DNA of 64,000 nucleotides from a plasmid: NCBI RefSeq assembly GCF_988243305.1, contig NZ_OZ547137.1; one strand, 5' to 3'. Shown piece by piece: positions 31,455 to 42,716 of this stretch (position 1 is its first letter; each line of letters starts with the position of its first letter). The notes under the pieces were generated by a model. It saw only the letters and a program-made list of their open reading frames with translations, ran no database searches and was not told where the DNA came from. The position numbers and the translations under genes were made by a program.

Positions 31455-33017
31455 TTAGTTTACAGATAGAGTGACGTTCCAGGGCAACAACTCTTTCACG
31501 CGGTTGGCAGGCCAGGTGTTGATGACACTGATCACGTGGCGTAGCCACGTTTCCGGCTCGATTCCGTTAAGTTTGCAGCTACCGATCAGGCTGTACATCA
31601 CTGCCGCACTCTCGCCTCCTCCATCAGAGCCGAAGAACATGTAGTTACGCCGCCCCAGTGCAACTACCCGGAGGGCGTTTTCACACAGGTTATTGTCGAT
31701 CTCCACCCAGCCATTGCGGCAGTATTCGTTCAGGGCGTCCCATTGCTTCAGCAGATAGGTGAACGCTTTCGCCGTATCCGAGTGACGCGACAGCGTGCTC
31801 ATCTGCCCCTGGAGCCACTCAAACAACGACTGCATTAGCGGTACCGTTCTGGCTTTTCTGACCGCCAGTCGCTCTTCTGCCGGACTGCCGCAGATCTCAG
31901 ACTCGATAGCGTACAGTGCCCCGATACGACGGAGCGCTTCTCCCGTTACTGTCGTTGGATGGCGGACATGTACATCGTGGATCTTGCGTCGGGCATGTGC
32001 CATACAAGCCGCTTCGGTTACCTGACCGCTTTCGTAAAGAGCATTGTAACCCGCATATGCATCGGCCTGCAGGATACCTCTGTAGTCCGCCAGATGTTGC
32101 TGCGGGTGGATACCTTTGCGGTCGGGAGAGTATGAGAACCACACCGCTGCCGGCATGGTCGAACCGGCGTTGCGATCGTCACGAACATAGACCCACAGCC
32201 GTCCTGTACGGGTTTTACCCTGACCCGGCTCCAGTACATTTACCGGCGTGTCATCGGCATGCACTTTACCCGGCATCAGCACATAGTGCTTCAGTTCATC
32301 ATACAGCGGGCGAAGCTGCTCTCCCATGATGTCAACCCAGCGCCCCATCGTATTGCGGTGCAGCTCCACGCCCTGGCGGGCATAGATTTCCGACTGACGG
32401 TACAGCGGCAGATGCTCGGCGAACTTCGCCATGATTATGCGGGCCAGCAGAGCCGGACTGGCGTAACTGCACTCGATGGGTTTTGGTGGCTGCGGAGCCT
32501 GAACTATACAGTCGCACCGGCTGCAGGCCAGTTTTGGACGAACCGTTTCGATTACCCTGAACGCGGTGTTGATGATATCCAGTTGTTCAGAGATGCTTTC
32601 TCCCAGCGATTTCAGTTTGCCGCTGCAGACGGGGCATTCGGTTTCTGCCGGGGAGATAACCTGCCTGCCACGGGGAAGTGTTGCCGGAAGTGCTTTGCGG
32701 ACGGGAGAGGCTGATGTTTTCGGCGCTGTCTATCCGGCCATTGAAGTGAGTTGCAACTACGCCTCACCAAGCCTGTTCTGGAGCTCGGTTATACGCGTTT
32801 CTGCCCGCGCGATCTTCTTTTCTATCTTCTCGCGACTTTTCTCGCTGCTGCGACCGAACAACATTCTCTGCAGTTTAGCGACCAGCGCTCTGAGTGAGCT
32901 GATCTCGCGGGCATAGCCGGTTATTTCACCAGACAGACGGACGATAACAGCCTGCTGTGCGATCAGCAGGGCCTTCAGTTGCTCGATGTCGTCGGGGAGT
33001 GTGTTGTTCATTCCCAT
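31455..33017 (-). pseudogene. tnpC: IS66-family TnpC transposase, frameshifted
   Basis: N-terminal coiled-coil ORF (32757-33017) and C-terminal ORF (31455-32432) are in different frames with a gap. Confidence 0.7.
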
Positions 33018-33030
33018 GTTTTATCACGGG

Positions 33031-33378
33031 TTATATCCGGATGCCAGGCAGTTCTGTCCGTTTGGGATGTTGCCACGCGATCCCCTCCAGTAGCATGGAT
33101 AACAGAGCTGGCGTCAGGTGCACTTTCCCTTCCCGGGTTACCGGCCAGACGAAGCGGCCCCGTTCCAGGCGTTTGGCGAACAGGCATAACCCGTCACGAT
33201 CGGCCCACAGTATTTTCACCATTTTGCCATTGCGGCCCCGGAAGACAAAGATATGCCCGGAGAACGGGTCATCTTTCAGCGTGTTCTGCACCTTCGAAGC
33301 CAGGCCGTTGAAGCCACAACGCATATCTGTGATGCCAGCGATGATCCAGATTCTGGTACCGGTCGGCAGCGTTATCAT
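33031..33378 (-). CDS. tnpB: IS66-family TnpB
   Basis: 115-aa ORF MITLPTGTRIWIIAGITDMRCGFNGLASKVQ... Confidence 0.8.
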   Translation of the reverse strand: MITLPTGTRIWIIAGITDMRCGFNGLASKVQNTLKDDPFSGHIFVFRGRNGKMVKILWADRDGLCLFAKRLERGRFVWPVTREGKVHLTPALLSMLLEGIAWQHPKRTELPGIRI

Positions 33379-34052
33379 CGGATCCCCCCTTTCATTTCGC
33401 GAATGAGCACCCTAAGAAGTTCCGGAGTGAGGGGGGCAAACAGTTTTACCACACCTGATTTAAGATGCAGCTCACACTGTGGTGAGTCTACGGTAGTGTC
33501 ATTCTGGCTTTCATCAGACTTGTTTCGCCAGAAAGGATTTGTCACCGGTTTGACGGGGTCAGGAGTCTCAGTGATTGCCACCGGAACGGCCTGGCATTCC
33601 TGGAGATCCTCATCATTCAGTAAGCCCTCTTCATACAGTCTTTTCCAGTTAAACAACAGATTGTCATTAATATTGTGCTCTCTGGCGATCCGTGCAACGA
33701 CTGCACCAGGCTGTAATGCCTGTTTTACCAGCCTGATTTTAAATTCACGACTGTAGGAGGTTCGTCGTTCTTTTCGCCATGTGCTTTCGCTGATTTGAGG
33801 ATCATCAGGTAATTCCTTCTTTCTATTGGCATAAAGTATGGCATCGAGTTGGGCGACTGAAAGTGATTCAGGTAATGGCCAGGTAATACCGGAGGCATTA
33901 AATCGTTGAAAGAGATTATGAATGGTGGAATGACTGAGACCTAACTGCAGGGCGATAGCCCGGACAGATAATTGCTCGTCGAATCTTAGACGTAATGCGT
34001 CTGGCAAATAAGAGCGAAAGCCGGTGATATCTTTTGCTGTCTGAGAATTCAT
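33375..34052 (-). CDS. tnpA: IS66-family TnpA-like protein with N-terminal extension
   Basis: C-terminal ARIAREHNINDNLLFNWKRL matches the IS66 orfA motif also seen at 60867; N-terminal 100 aa unassigned. Confidence 0.55.
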   Translation of the reverse strand: MNSQTAKDITGFRSYLPDALRLRFDEQLSVRAIALQLGLSHSTIHNLFQRFNASGITWPLPESLSVAQLDAILYANRKKELPDDPQISESTWRKERRTSYSREFKIRLVKQALQPGAVVARIAREHNINDNLLFNWKRLYEEGLLNDEDLQECQAVPVAITETPDPVKPVTNPFWRNKSDESQNDTTVDSPQCELHLKSGVVKLFAPLTPELLRVLIREMKGGIR

Positions 34053-34268
34053 CGTTCGTGTCCATCAATAGATGGACGCGATTGTTGCCAGACAGGACAA
34101 CCATCACAAGACGTCACAGACGGAGCGCTTACAAACCAGACGCAATCTGTCTATGTTAAAAAAATAACAAAGCCGGGTGGAATATATTCTGCCCATTTTA
34201 ATTTAAAACAAAGATTAGCGAGTGCTCTGGTGATTTGCACATGCGCAAATCTTTCAGCTCAAAGGAGG

Positions 34269-35303
34269 CTAGTCATCACGGTGATTACGTTCAAATCCCC
34301 TGCGCCCTCTTGCTGCCCATTCAGCATTGAGTATCACATAACGCTCCCAGCGTTCACGCAACTGTGCGAGCTTTATCGGTAATTCTTTGGTGACAAAGGC
34401 TTCAGGTATTTCAAAGTTGTCATCAAGATGCCCTTCCAGGAATGCATGGACGCCTTCCAATACATCAACCAGAGTGATGTTGTTACTTTGTTGCCCTTCA
34501 AGAAGTGGCCCCTGCCAACTATGCCAGAAGGTCTGATGGCGCAGACAACTTTCGTCATTCGCGAGCCGCCATAAATCCATAAAGATTCCTCGAGCAACTT
34601 TGAACGGCTGTTCATCAAACTGTTCGATGAGAAAGAAATAACACGGAATCTTGAGCGCGTTAATTCGCGCAATTTCAATTTCAGCATCACGGCGCAAGGC
34701 AATCAGATTGCTAAAGCGCGATCGCATACAGGCGATAGGGTTCAACACCCTTACCTTTTCATTCATTTCAGGCATACTGGGGCCGGTTGCTTCTACATAA
34801 AACGGGGCTGTATGCAGGTAAAGCTTTTCCCCCAGAAAATCAGAACGGTCGAAGCCTCCGGGCCGATCGATAATATCCACCACATTTGGCTCGTCAGGCG
34901 CATCCGGTACGGCAAATAAACGTCCATCATCCCGTTTGATATCGTGTGTGTCCTGATCGATAAGCATAAACTGCGCAAGGGATGGGGGCTGACCGTCTTT
35001 GTTTTCCCACGTTTTCACGTTGAGCGTTTTTGCTATAGCCGCAATATCATCTTTCCGGGCACTGTAGTCGCAGTCAACAGAAGTGGTGAGACGCTCATCA
35101 GGCAATCTGTCGCCGTATTGTGCATGATAATAGGATATCCAATATTGCACAGCCTGGCCGCCAACTGTGATAACGGCATGTTTGAGCTGGTCAGCGTTGC
35201 AGATCAACTGCTGATTTAGCAGATACATCTGCTCATAGGGGGGAATAACGTCTTGAACTGGCATAAAAAAACCATCAGCGAATGATGGTTTATTGTGCCT
35301 CAA
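34269..35303 (-). CDS. Orphan protein, possible nucleotidyltransferase-fold enzyme (344 aa; may start at internal ATG giving 331 aa)
   Basis: ORF starts on TTG at 35303; internal ATG at about 35264; motif TVGGQAV...TTSVDCDY resembles hG[GS]...DxD; family not recognised. Confidence 0.5.
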   Translation of the reverse strand: MRHNKPSFADGFFMPVQDVIPPYEQMYLLNQQLICNADQLKHAVITVGGQAVQYWISYYHAQYGDRLPDERLTTSVDCDYSARKDDIAAIAKTLNVKTWENKDGQPPSLAQFMLIDQDTHDIKRDDGRLFAVPDAPDEPNVVDIIDRPGGFDRSDFLGEKLYLHTAPFYVEATGPSMPEMNEKVRVLNPIACMRSRFSNLIALRRDAEIEIARINALKIPCYFFLIEQFDEQPFKVARGIFMDLWRLANDESCLRHQTFWHSWQGPLLEGQQSNNITLVDVLEGVHAFLEGHLDDNFEIPEAFVTKELPIKLAQLRERWERYVILNAEWAARGRRGFERNHRDD

Positions 35304-35312
35304 AGTTCAGGA

Positions 35313-35498
35313 TCAGGCAAAAGCGATAGTATGGGAGAATTTGCTATTGGCTGACTTACTGAAACGGCTTTTCACGGCAGGCTTGTAACCGGCACGACCA
35401 CGCAAAACCTGCACCGCTACGGCTTCGTAGCGTTCATGCTGCTTTTGTTTAGCTTGTGCGGGAGACATAATTTTGTACCTGATGGTGGTTATATACAA
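35313..35498 (-). CDS. Small basic ORF upstream of the 344-aa gene
   Basis: 61-aa ORF ending 9 nt before the large ORF; could be an operon partner or spurious. Confidence 0.2.
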   Translation of the reverse strand: MYITTIRYKIMSPAQAKQKQHERYEAVAVQVLRGRAGYKPAVKSRFSKSANSKFSHTIAFA

Positions 35499-35880
35499 AT
35501 AAGCTGTAGTAACTATACGTCACGAATCTACGTCACGCAATAGCGTACTATTGTTGCAATTTTGATGTACTTCCAGACTACTGTCTCATCCTGCAGTGCT
35601 TCCCGTTCTGCCTGCATTCCTTATTTACCGTATGTCCGGCTCAGTTAACCGGATTCAAATTCCGGTGTCCCTCCCGTCCTGACCGGTAGCAGACAAGCCC
35701 AAGCCTCCTGTAACAATAAAAGGGGTACCAAGCCGCAACCACCGAAATTTCCGGAATGCACAAATTTTGCGCTCGGCAACCTGTACGTAAGACCGCTGTT
35801 AACCGGACAGCAAAGAAATAGCTGTCTGGCGCGAAAAATCACTGCCCGTAACGTATCCATAGCTGGTACGAATAAATTCT

Positions 35881-35918
35881 GGGGTCTGAAGTCCAATGGA
35901 ACGAAAACGTACGTTAGT
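35881..35918. repeat. Tn3-family 38-bp terminal inverted repeat (left)
   Basis: GGGGTCTGAAGTCCAATGGAACGAAAACGTACGTTAGTG resembles the recalled Tn3 IR. Confidence 0.6.
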
Positions 35919-35924
35919 GAAGTC

Positions 35925-36603
<679 letters not shown>

Positions 36604-36702
36604 GCCAATATTCACACAATTAACTAATATTTTCTACGCAATACGTGACACCTTTCGAGGAGAGGTGCTCGAAATTTCAGACATAAAAAGCCCCGTAGGG
36701 CC

Positions 36703-37104
36703 TTAGATGATTTCTTCCAATGCTGATTCCAGTTCTTTTACTTGCATTGCTCTAAGACGAGGAGCTAATGTTCGATGGGCGTTTAAGTAATCAATGGCTC
36801 TTGTTACCAGCTTTCCTCCGCCACAGACAACGAAATAACTCTGATGTTGTGTGTGTTGTGCATCAAGAACTGTGTGGCCTAGCTTCTCTATTGCGGTACC
36901 ACTCACTTCCTGCCATTTAGCCGTTATTTGAACGGTACCGGTATTAGTGAACAACAGGAAGTGGGCTATTTCATTCTTTCCCGCGATCAGACCAGGATAA
37001 CTGACATTTTTTTTAAACGTCATCGGAGCTTCTGAGTTACTTAGCTCAAAGCCTGCCCCAGAAATAATTGCTTCAATATCACGCAGTAATTCTGCTCTGG
37101 ACAT
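36703..37104 (-). CDS. Hypothetical cargo protein (133 aa) of the Tn3-like unit
   Basis: ORF convergent with tnpR; no family recognised. Confidence 0.5.
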   Translation of the reverse strand: MSRAELLRDIEAIISGAGFELSNSEAPMTFKKNVSYPGLIAGKNEIAHFLLFTNTGTVQITAKWQEVSGTAIEKLGHTVLDAQHTQHQSYFVVCGGGKLVTRAIDYLNAHRTLAPRLRAMQVKELESALEEII

Positions 37105-37207
37105 ACTTTCACCTTATCGTGTTGTATCTTTTTTGATCTTGGGGGGGAGGCAGAATTTTCAAGATGTAGGCGTTTTATTTTATGGTTAATAATCACCGCC
37201 ACTCTTA

Positions 37208-39082
37208 TGGTGAGAGATCGGGATAGGGGCTGATCTCACGATTAGCCTCCTCCCACACCACCGTACATACGGGTCCGTATACGGCAGTTCGGTTATGTTT
37301 ATCGTCGCCTGCCTATAACTCCGGTAGGCCCAGTCTGACGAACAGGCGATTGGGAAGTGCTATGCTCAGTGCCGGACTACAGCTTATCCGCCATTGCTTA
37401 TGGCAACTCCCTACCGTTTGCGCTGCAAGGTCTTTGCTTACTCCCCGTCTGCGCAACTCTTTGAAGCGCTTGCTGCCCGTTTTCCACTGTTTCCACAGGA
37501 CACTTCGCAACCTTCGCCTTATCCACCTGTTCAGATCTCTCATCAGCGTTTGCCACTGGTTCAGTCCATAGTAGCTTTTCCATCCCGTCAGATATCGCTT
37601 TAACGGTTCGATAAGCTGCTCTAGGCTTTTGCCCGTGTTACGCCCCGTCAGTTCTCTTATCCGGGTTTTGAACCGCTTCACCGATTCCGGCAACACCACA
37701 CACCACACCTTTCTGCCCCTCCTGAAGCTGTAACCCAGGAACTTACGCGTCTCCGGAAGCGCTACCGCGCTCTTCTTCGCGTTGAGCTTCAGCTTCAGTT
37801 TCCGGTTCAGCCAGTGCGTCAGCCCCGCCATCATACGGTTGCCTGCCCGTTCACTCTTCACATACACATTACAGTCGTCTGCGTAGCGGGCGAACTTCAG
37901 GCCGCGTTTCTCAAGTTCCTTATCGAAGTCATCCAGCAGCAGATTCGATAACAGTGGCGACAGTGGGCCGCCCTGCGGCGTCCCTTCTGTCACCGGCATT
38001 ACCAGACCCGCTTCCATCACACCTGCATTCAGGTACCCGCGGATAAGTGACAGCACCCGTTTATCCGATACTCGTTTCGCTATCCGGCTCATCAGTACAT
38101 CGTGATTCACCCGATCGAAGAACTTTTCCAGATCGAGGTCAACCCCCCAGCTGTAGCCCGACTCGATGTATTTCTGAGCCTGCTTCACTGCCTGATGCGC
38201 CGAGCGTCCGGGCCGGAACCCGTAGCTGCTGTCGCTGAACGTCGCATCCCACTGTGCCTGCAACACCTGCATCATCGCCTGCTGGATAAAGCGATCCACC
38301 ACCGTCGGGATGCCCAACAGACGTTCGCCGCCGCCGGGCTTCGGGATAGTCACTCTTCTTACAGGGGATGGGCGGTAGCTGCCGGACAGCAGTTGCGCTT
38401 TCAGTTCCGGCCAGTGGTGTCTCAGATAGTCCGGCAGTTCGCTTACGCTCATGCCGTCGGCTCCCGCCGCACCTTTATTGGCCTTCACTCTTTTCAGGGC
38501 ATGCCTGAGGTTGACTGGTTCGCAGATGGCTTCCATCAGCCACGCTGTTGACGATGGACTTTCTCTGGTCGTCGGTGCCTGCACGGTTTCAGCCCCCTGA
38601 GAACCGGCGTCAGGGGCTTCACCCCGTCTTCCTGCATCAGGGTCGCGATACGTTTTCTGCTGCATGACCGTTCAGAACCTCCGCTGATACTCGTCACTCA
38701 TTACCGTTCGGGCCTTCAGACGCGCCTGTCCTACTATGCCCTCTGCTGACTCCTGTCCGCCGGTCAGCGCACCTTACGGTACGCTCAGTTCTGAATACAG
38801 AACGCCAGACAGGCCTCCCGGGGTAAGCTCAGCCGCTTTCACCACACACCTGCCCAATCTACCACCCCGGCTCTTGATGGTTATGGCCTTTGCAATCAAT
38901 GGCTTGCTCCGCCAGCCGGGTAGGCCTCATATCGGATTTCTGTTCGTCAGGTCATGGTTTTGCTCCACGCTTCCTTCAGATCCCGCCTCACGACGGCACC
39001 CTTGCGCTTCACGAGTCCTTCGCCACCATCAGGCTGGACAGGGGACTTTCACCCCCGAGCTGCTGAGCATGCCCGGCACACC
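37208..39082 (-). mobile_element. Group II intron (about 1.9 kb), probably bacterial class C
   Basis: 5' GTGTG at 39082 (minus) directly after a terminator hairpin; RT ORF inside; domain V-like hairpin at about 37262-37295 and domain VI with bulged A at about 37210-37240. Confidence 0.7.
37313..38665 (-). CDS. Group II intron-encoded reverse transcriptase/maturase
   Basis: 450-aa ORF with RT motifs including YADD and a C-terminal maturase region. Confidence 0.9.
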   Translation of the reverse strand: MQQKTYRDPDAGRRGEAPDAGSQGAETVQAPTTRESPSSTAWLMEAICEPVNLRHALKRVKANKGAAGADGMSVSELPDYLRHHWPELKAQLLSGSYRPSPVRRVTIPKPGGGERLLGIPTVVDRFIQQAMMQVLQAQWDATFSDSSYGFRPGRSAHQAVKQAQKYIESGYSWGVDLDLEKFFDRVNHDVLMSRIAKRVSDKRVLSLIRGYLNAGVMEAGLVMPVTEGTPQGGPLSPLLSNLLLDDFDKELEKRGLKFARYADDCNVYVKSERAGNRMMAGLTHWLNRKLKLKLNAKKSAVALPETRKFLGYSFRRGRKVWCVVLPESVKRFKTRIRELTGRNTGKSLEQLIEPLKRYLTGWKSYYGLNQWQTLMRDLNRWIRRRLRSVLWKQWKTGSKRFKELRRRGVSKDLAAQTVGSCHKQWRISCSPALSIALPNRLFVRLGLPEL

Positions 39083-39138
39083 ATAAAAAAGCCCCCACGG
39101 GCTTTATTACTAAATTCAATACAAACAACAAATTATGC

Positions 39139-39176
39139 TCTTAACGTACGTTTTCGTTCCATTGGCCCTCAGCCCC
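39139..39176. repeat. Tn3-family 38-bp terminal inverted repeat (right)
   Basis: Reverse complement GGGGCTGAGGGCCAATGGAACGAAAACGTACGTTAAG, inverted relative to the IR at 35881. Confidence 0.55.
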
Positions 39177-39415
39177 CTGGTATTGCTTGCGCCAGAGAAA
39201 TAACTGGCTGGCTGCCACACCGTGTTGCCGGGCAACAAGGGAGGCCGTCATTCCCGGTTCAAAGCTCTGCTGAACAATAGCGCTCTTTTCCTGTGTAGTA
39301 CGCCGTCTGCGTTTCTCCGGTCCTAAGACATCAATCATCTGTTCTCCAATGACTAGTCTAAAAACTAGTATTAAGACTATCACTTATTTAAGTGATATTG
39401 GTTGTCTGGAGATTC
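39177..39415 (-). mobile_element. IS2 left-end fragment (IRL plus orfA 5' part), truncated at the Tn3-like IR
   Basis: IS2-like left end at 39340-39415; ORF 39141-39383 follows IS2 OrfA to ...LFLWRKQYQ, then diverges into IR sequence. Confidence 0.6.
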
Positions 39416-39633
39416 TGGGGGCTAGTCTATCTTCAGCTTACGGGCTATCTGACGATGTGACCAGCAGTATGGTGGCAAAGCCATATCAGTCCTTTCTCTT
39501 TGAGTTCACCTAGCATTGTTATCTCCTTAAAAAATTGAGGCGACAACTATGCTGACACAGAGGGTTATTGATCTTACCCAGCAATAGTGGACACGCGGCT
39601 AAGTGAGTAAACTCTCAGTCAGAGGTGACTCAC

Positions 39634-39933
39634 ATGACAAAAACAGTATCAACCAGTAAAAAACCCCGTAAACAGCATTCGCCTGAATTTCGCAGTGAAG
39701 CCCTGAAGCTTGCTGAACGCATCGGTGTTACTGCCGCAGCCCGTGAACTCAGCCTGTATGAATCACAGCTCTACAACTGGCGCAGTAAACAGCAAAATCA
39801 GCAGACGTCTTCTGAACGTGAACTGGAGATGTCTACCGAGATTGCACGTCTCAAACGCCAGCTGGCAGAACGGGATGAAGAGCTGGCTATCCTCCAAAAG
39901 GCCGCGACATACTTCGCGAAGCGCCTGAAATGA
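39634..39933 (+). CDS. IS3 OrfA
   Basis: [29 protein letters not shown]...; ends at the frameshift window before orfB. Confidence 0.85.
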
Positions 39934-40796
39934 AGTATGTCTTTATTGAAAAACATCAGGCTGAGTTCAGCATCAAAGCAATGTGCCGCGTGCTCCGGGT
40001 GGCCCGCAGCGGCTGGTATACGTGGTGTCAGCGGCGGACAAGGATAAGCACGCGTCAGCAGTTCCGCCAACACTGCGACAGCGTTGTCCTCGCGGCTTTT
40101 ACCCGGTCAAAACAGCGTTACGGTGCCCCACGCCTGACGGATGAACTGCGTGCTCAGGGTTACCCCTTTAACGTAAAAACCGTGGCGGCAAGCCTGCGCC
40201 GTCAGGGACTGAGGGCAAAGGCCTCCCGGAAGTTCAGCCCGGTCAGCTACCGCGCACACGGCCTGCCTGTGTCAGAAAATCTGTTGGAGCAGGATTTTTA
40301 CGCCAGTGGCCCGAACCAGAAGTGGGCAGGAGACATCACGTACTTACGTACAGATGAAGGCTGGCTGTATCTGGCAGTGGTCATTGACCTGTGGTCACGT
40401 GCCGTTATTGGCTGGTCAATGTCGCCACGCATGACGGCGCAACTGGCCTGCGATGCCCTGCAGATGGCGCTGTGGCGGCGTAAGAGGCCCCGGAACGTTA
40501 TCGTTCACACGGACCGTGGAGGCCAGTACTGTTCAGCAGATTATCAGGCGCAACTGAAGCGGCATAATCTGCGTGGAAGTATGAGCGCAAAAGGTTGCTG
40601 CTACGATAATGCCTGCGTGGAAAGCTTCTTTCATTCGCTGAAAGTGGAATGTATCCATGGAGAACACTTTATCAGCCGGGAAATAATGCGGGCAACGGTG
40701 TTTAATTATATCGAATGTGATTACAATCGGTGGCGGCGGCACAGTTGGTGTGGCGGCCTCAGTCCGGAACAATTTGAAAACAAGAACCTCGCTTAG
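39930..40796 (+). CDS. IS3 OrfB (DDE transposase)
   Basis: 288-aa ORF with integrase-type catalytic core. Confidence 0.85.
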
Positions 40797-40945
40797 GCCT
40801 GTGTCCATATTACGTGGGTAGGATCATATTACCCGATCTCGATGGACGTTATTGAGTGATCTCCTTCCATGAAGCTCGCCACGGGAATATCTGCGGCAGC
40901 GGGCCAGTAATGGGGTAAGTGATAGAGTTAACTCTGTGTTTTATG

Positions 40946-41240
40946 TGGGGATGATATGGAATTAAAACAAGACATCGAAAAAGAGATTATAAAATTAATA
41001 ATATCAGAATACATTAGTACACTTTATTATATACATCTAATTGTACAATTGATGTATAACAAAAGAAGGAAGTAAAATATCATTAGAAATGAACTCATAT
41101 TTCTTGAGAGAGACGTTAATATATCAGTAAAGTGCAAGGATATTCAGGAAGGACGTATATCGCAATCAGATTAAACAGCGCTTGATAACTCGTATCAATA
41201 TCTATATGATAGGGTTTTTCAGCACATTATATTCATCAGG
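40946..41240 (+). pseudogene. Diverged partial copy of the aggR 5' region
   Basis: ATGGAATTAAAACAAGACATCGAAAAAGAGATTATAAAATTAATAATATCAGAATACAT... aligns by eye with aggR 5' at 54100 onward; no intact frame. Confidence 0.5.
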
Positions 41241-41493
41241 ATTTTATTTTAAAAGCTAATAAAAGCTATTTTATATTGCTATGACATAACTTCTATGTAG
41301 CCATACTAATGATAAACTCTCTTTTCAGAGAGTTTTAACCCTTCGTTAATATTGCCAGTCAGCAAATCATATTCACCACGATATTGGCGTTATTGTTCAA
41401 CGCCAATATTTATTTTATTATTTCTAAAAATCTCCCTATACATTAGTTAATATAATAGCACTCCCCATTTTCAACTGAAAATTAGCGCATTAC

Positions 41494-42705
41494 TCATATC
41501 TGTGTAAATAAAAAAGGCTCCGTTTTTGACCTATTAAATAAGTCCATATCAATTTTCCAATTCTTGTCTATAAGAACTGTTCCACCATAATTTTGAATAT
41601 TAATAAGAGGGGTATTCGGCGAAACAGAGAATTTCGATAATATGCTTCCATTAATAAGGGTGTTGTCATATTTGTGATTGTCACTCAACCATGAATAATC
41701 GGATTGAACAATGGAGATATCTTTTCTTCGAGATTCACCCTCAGGAAATAATCCCTCATAACATATATGAATACTCATTTTAATGTTGTTGAAATCCAGG
41801 ATGTCCTGCTCATTATATTTCTTTTTATAATATAGAAAAGGTGATGTCGATGGTTCTGGTGAGTTATAAAAACTTTTCTTCTCAAAAAAAGGTATCAATT
41901 TGCTTTTTTGGTGGAGAAGAAACTCTTCTTTATGCCAGAAAGCAGACACTACGTTATTAATGTCTTGATATCCATAAAGATTCATTAATATCCCATATTT
42001 ATAGTGGAATCGATTATCTTTTAATTGCTTTAAGAGATGTTTAGTTCTTTCCTTTATATAATCATTCTTGTAACCGAAAAAAACATTTTCTGAGAGGATA
42101 ACTAGATCAACCTTCTTATTTCTGACGAATTCATTGAGATCAGTATAAAAATTACCTCTGACACCTACTTTTTTAAAATAAAGGCCAACCTGTACAATCA
42201 CAATGTTCAGAGGGGGATGTGTTATATTAACCGGTGTTTTCCATATTAGCGGAAATAATAATAACATAAGAGAACGGAGAAAAAATGATATTTTTAGACT
42301 AAATGTAACTGCAGGAATAAGATTTAATATTAATAAATTTAAAACAGGAATATCTGTTCTTGGTAAGATGTCAGGAAAATCATAATATAAAACAATCAAT
42401 GGATTTAATGGTATAAACATCCCGAAGGCGGATAATGAGGTTAATGAAAGGGCATGTAGACATGCTCCAAGTACCCCATAAGAACTCAGGAAACCATATA
42501 TGACAAGGGTTACCATATTATAGCAGAGTAATCCAAATGAAAGGTATAAATTAGAACTGCCATAATATTCTAAAAAACCACTAGAAAAATACATCCCAGA
42601 GAAAATGATAGAGTATAAAAGAATAGTAAAAAAAAGACTCACTCGTCTTTTTCTTGCTGCGAGATAATAGGCAAAAAAATACAATAAGACAATAGCGAAC
42701 TTCAT
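41494..42705 (-). CDS. aatD: AatD, Lnt-like N-acyltransferase (membrane domain plus CN-hydrolase domain)
   Basis: 403-aa ORF with multi-TM N-terminus and C-terminal ICYEGLFPE; last gene of a 5-gene low-GC operon. Confidence 0.75.
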   Translation of the reverse strand: MKFAIVLLYFFAYYLAARKRRVSLFFTILLYSIIFSGMYFSSGFLEYYGSSNLYLSFGLLCYNMVTLVIYGFLSSYGVLGACLHALSLTSLSAFGMFIPLNPLIVLYYDFPDILPRTDIPVLNLLILNLIPAVTFSLKISFFLRSLMLLLFPLIWKTPVNITHPPLNIVIVQVGLYFKKVGVRGNFYTDLNEFVRNKKVDLVILSENVFFGYKNDYIKERTKHLLKQLKDNRFHYKYGILMNLYGYQDINNVVSAFWHKEEFLLHQKSKLIPFFEKKSFYNSPEPSTSPFLYYKKKYNEQDILDFNNIKMSIHICYEGLFPEGESRRKDISIVQSDYSWLSDNHKYDNTLINGSILSKFSVSPNTPLINIQNYGGTVLIDKNWKIDMDLFNRSKTEPFLFTQI

Positions 42706-42716
42706 AAACTGTAAGC

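Larger units (their letters stand above)
31418..34128 (-). mobile_element. IS66-family insertion sequence (about 2.7 kb)
   Basis: Terminal inverted repeats GTAAGCGCACCGT (31418) and GTAAGCGCTCCGT (reverse complement at 34128); tnpA-tnpB-tnpC order on minus strand. Confidence 0.7.
39569..40827 (+). mobile_element. IS3, copy 1 (1259 bp) with 3-bp target duplication TAT
   Basis: Ends TGATCTTACCC...GGGTAGGATCA; TAT on both flanks (39566-39568, 40828-40830). Confidence 0.9.
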
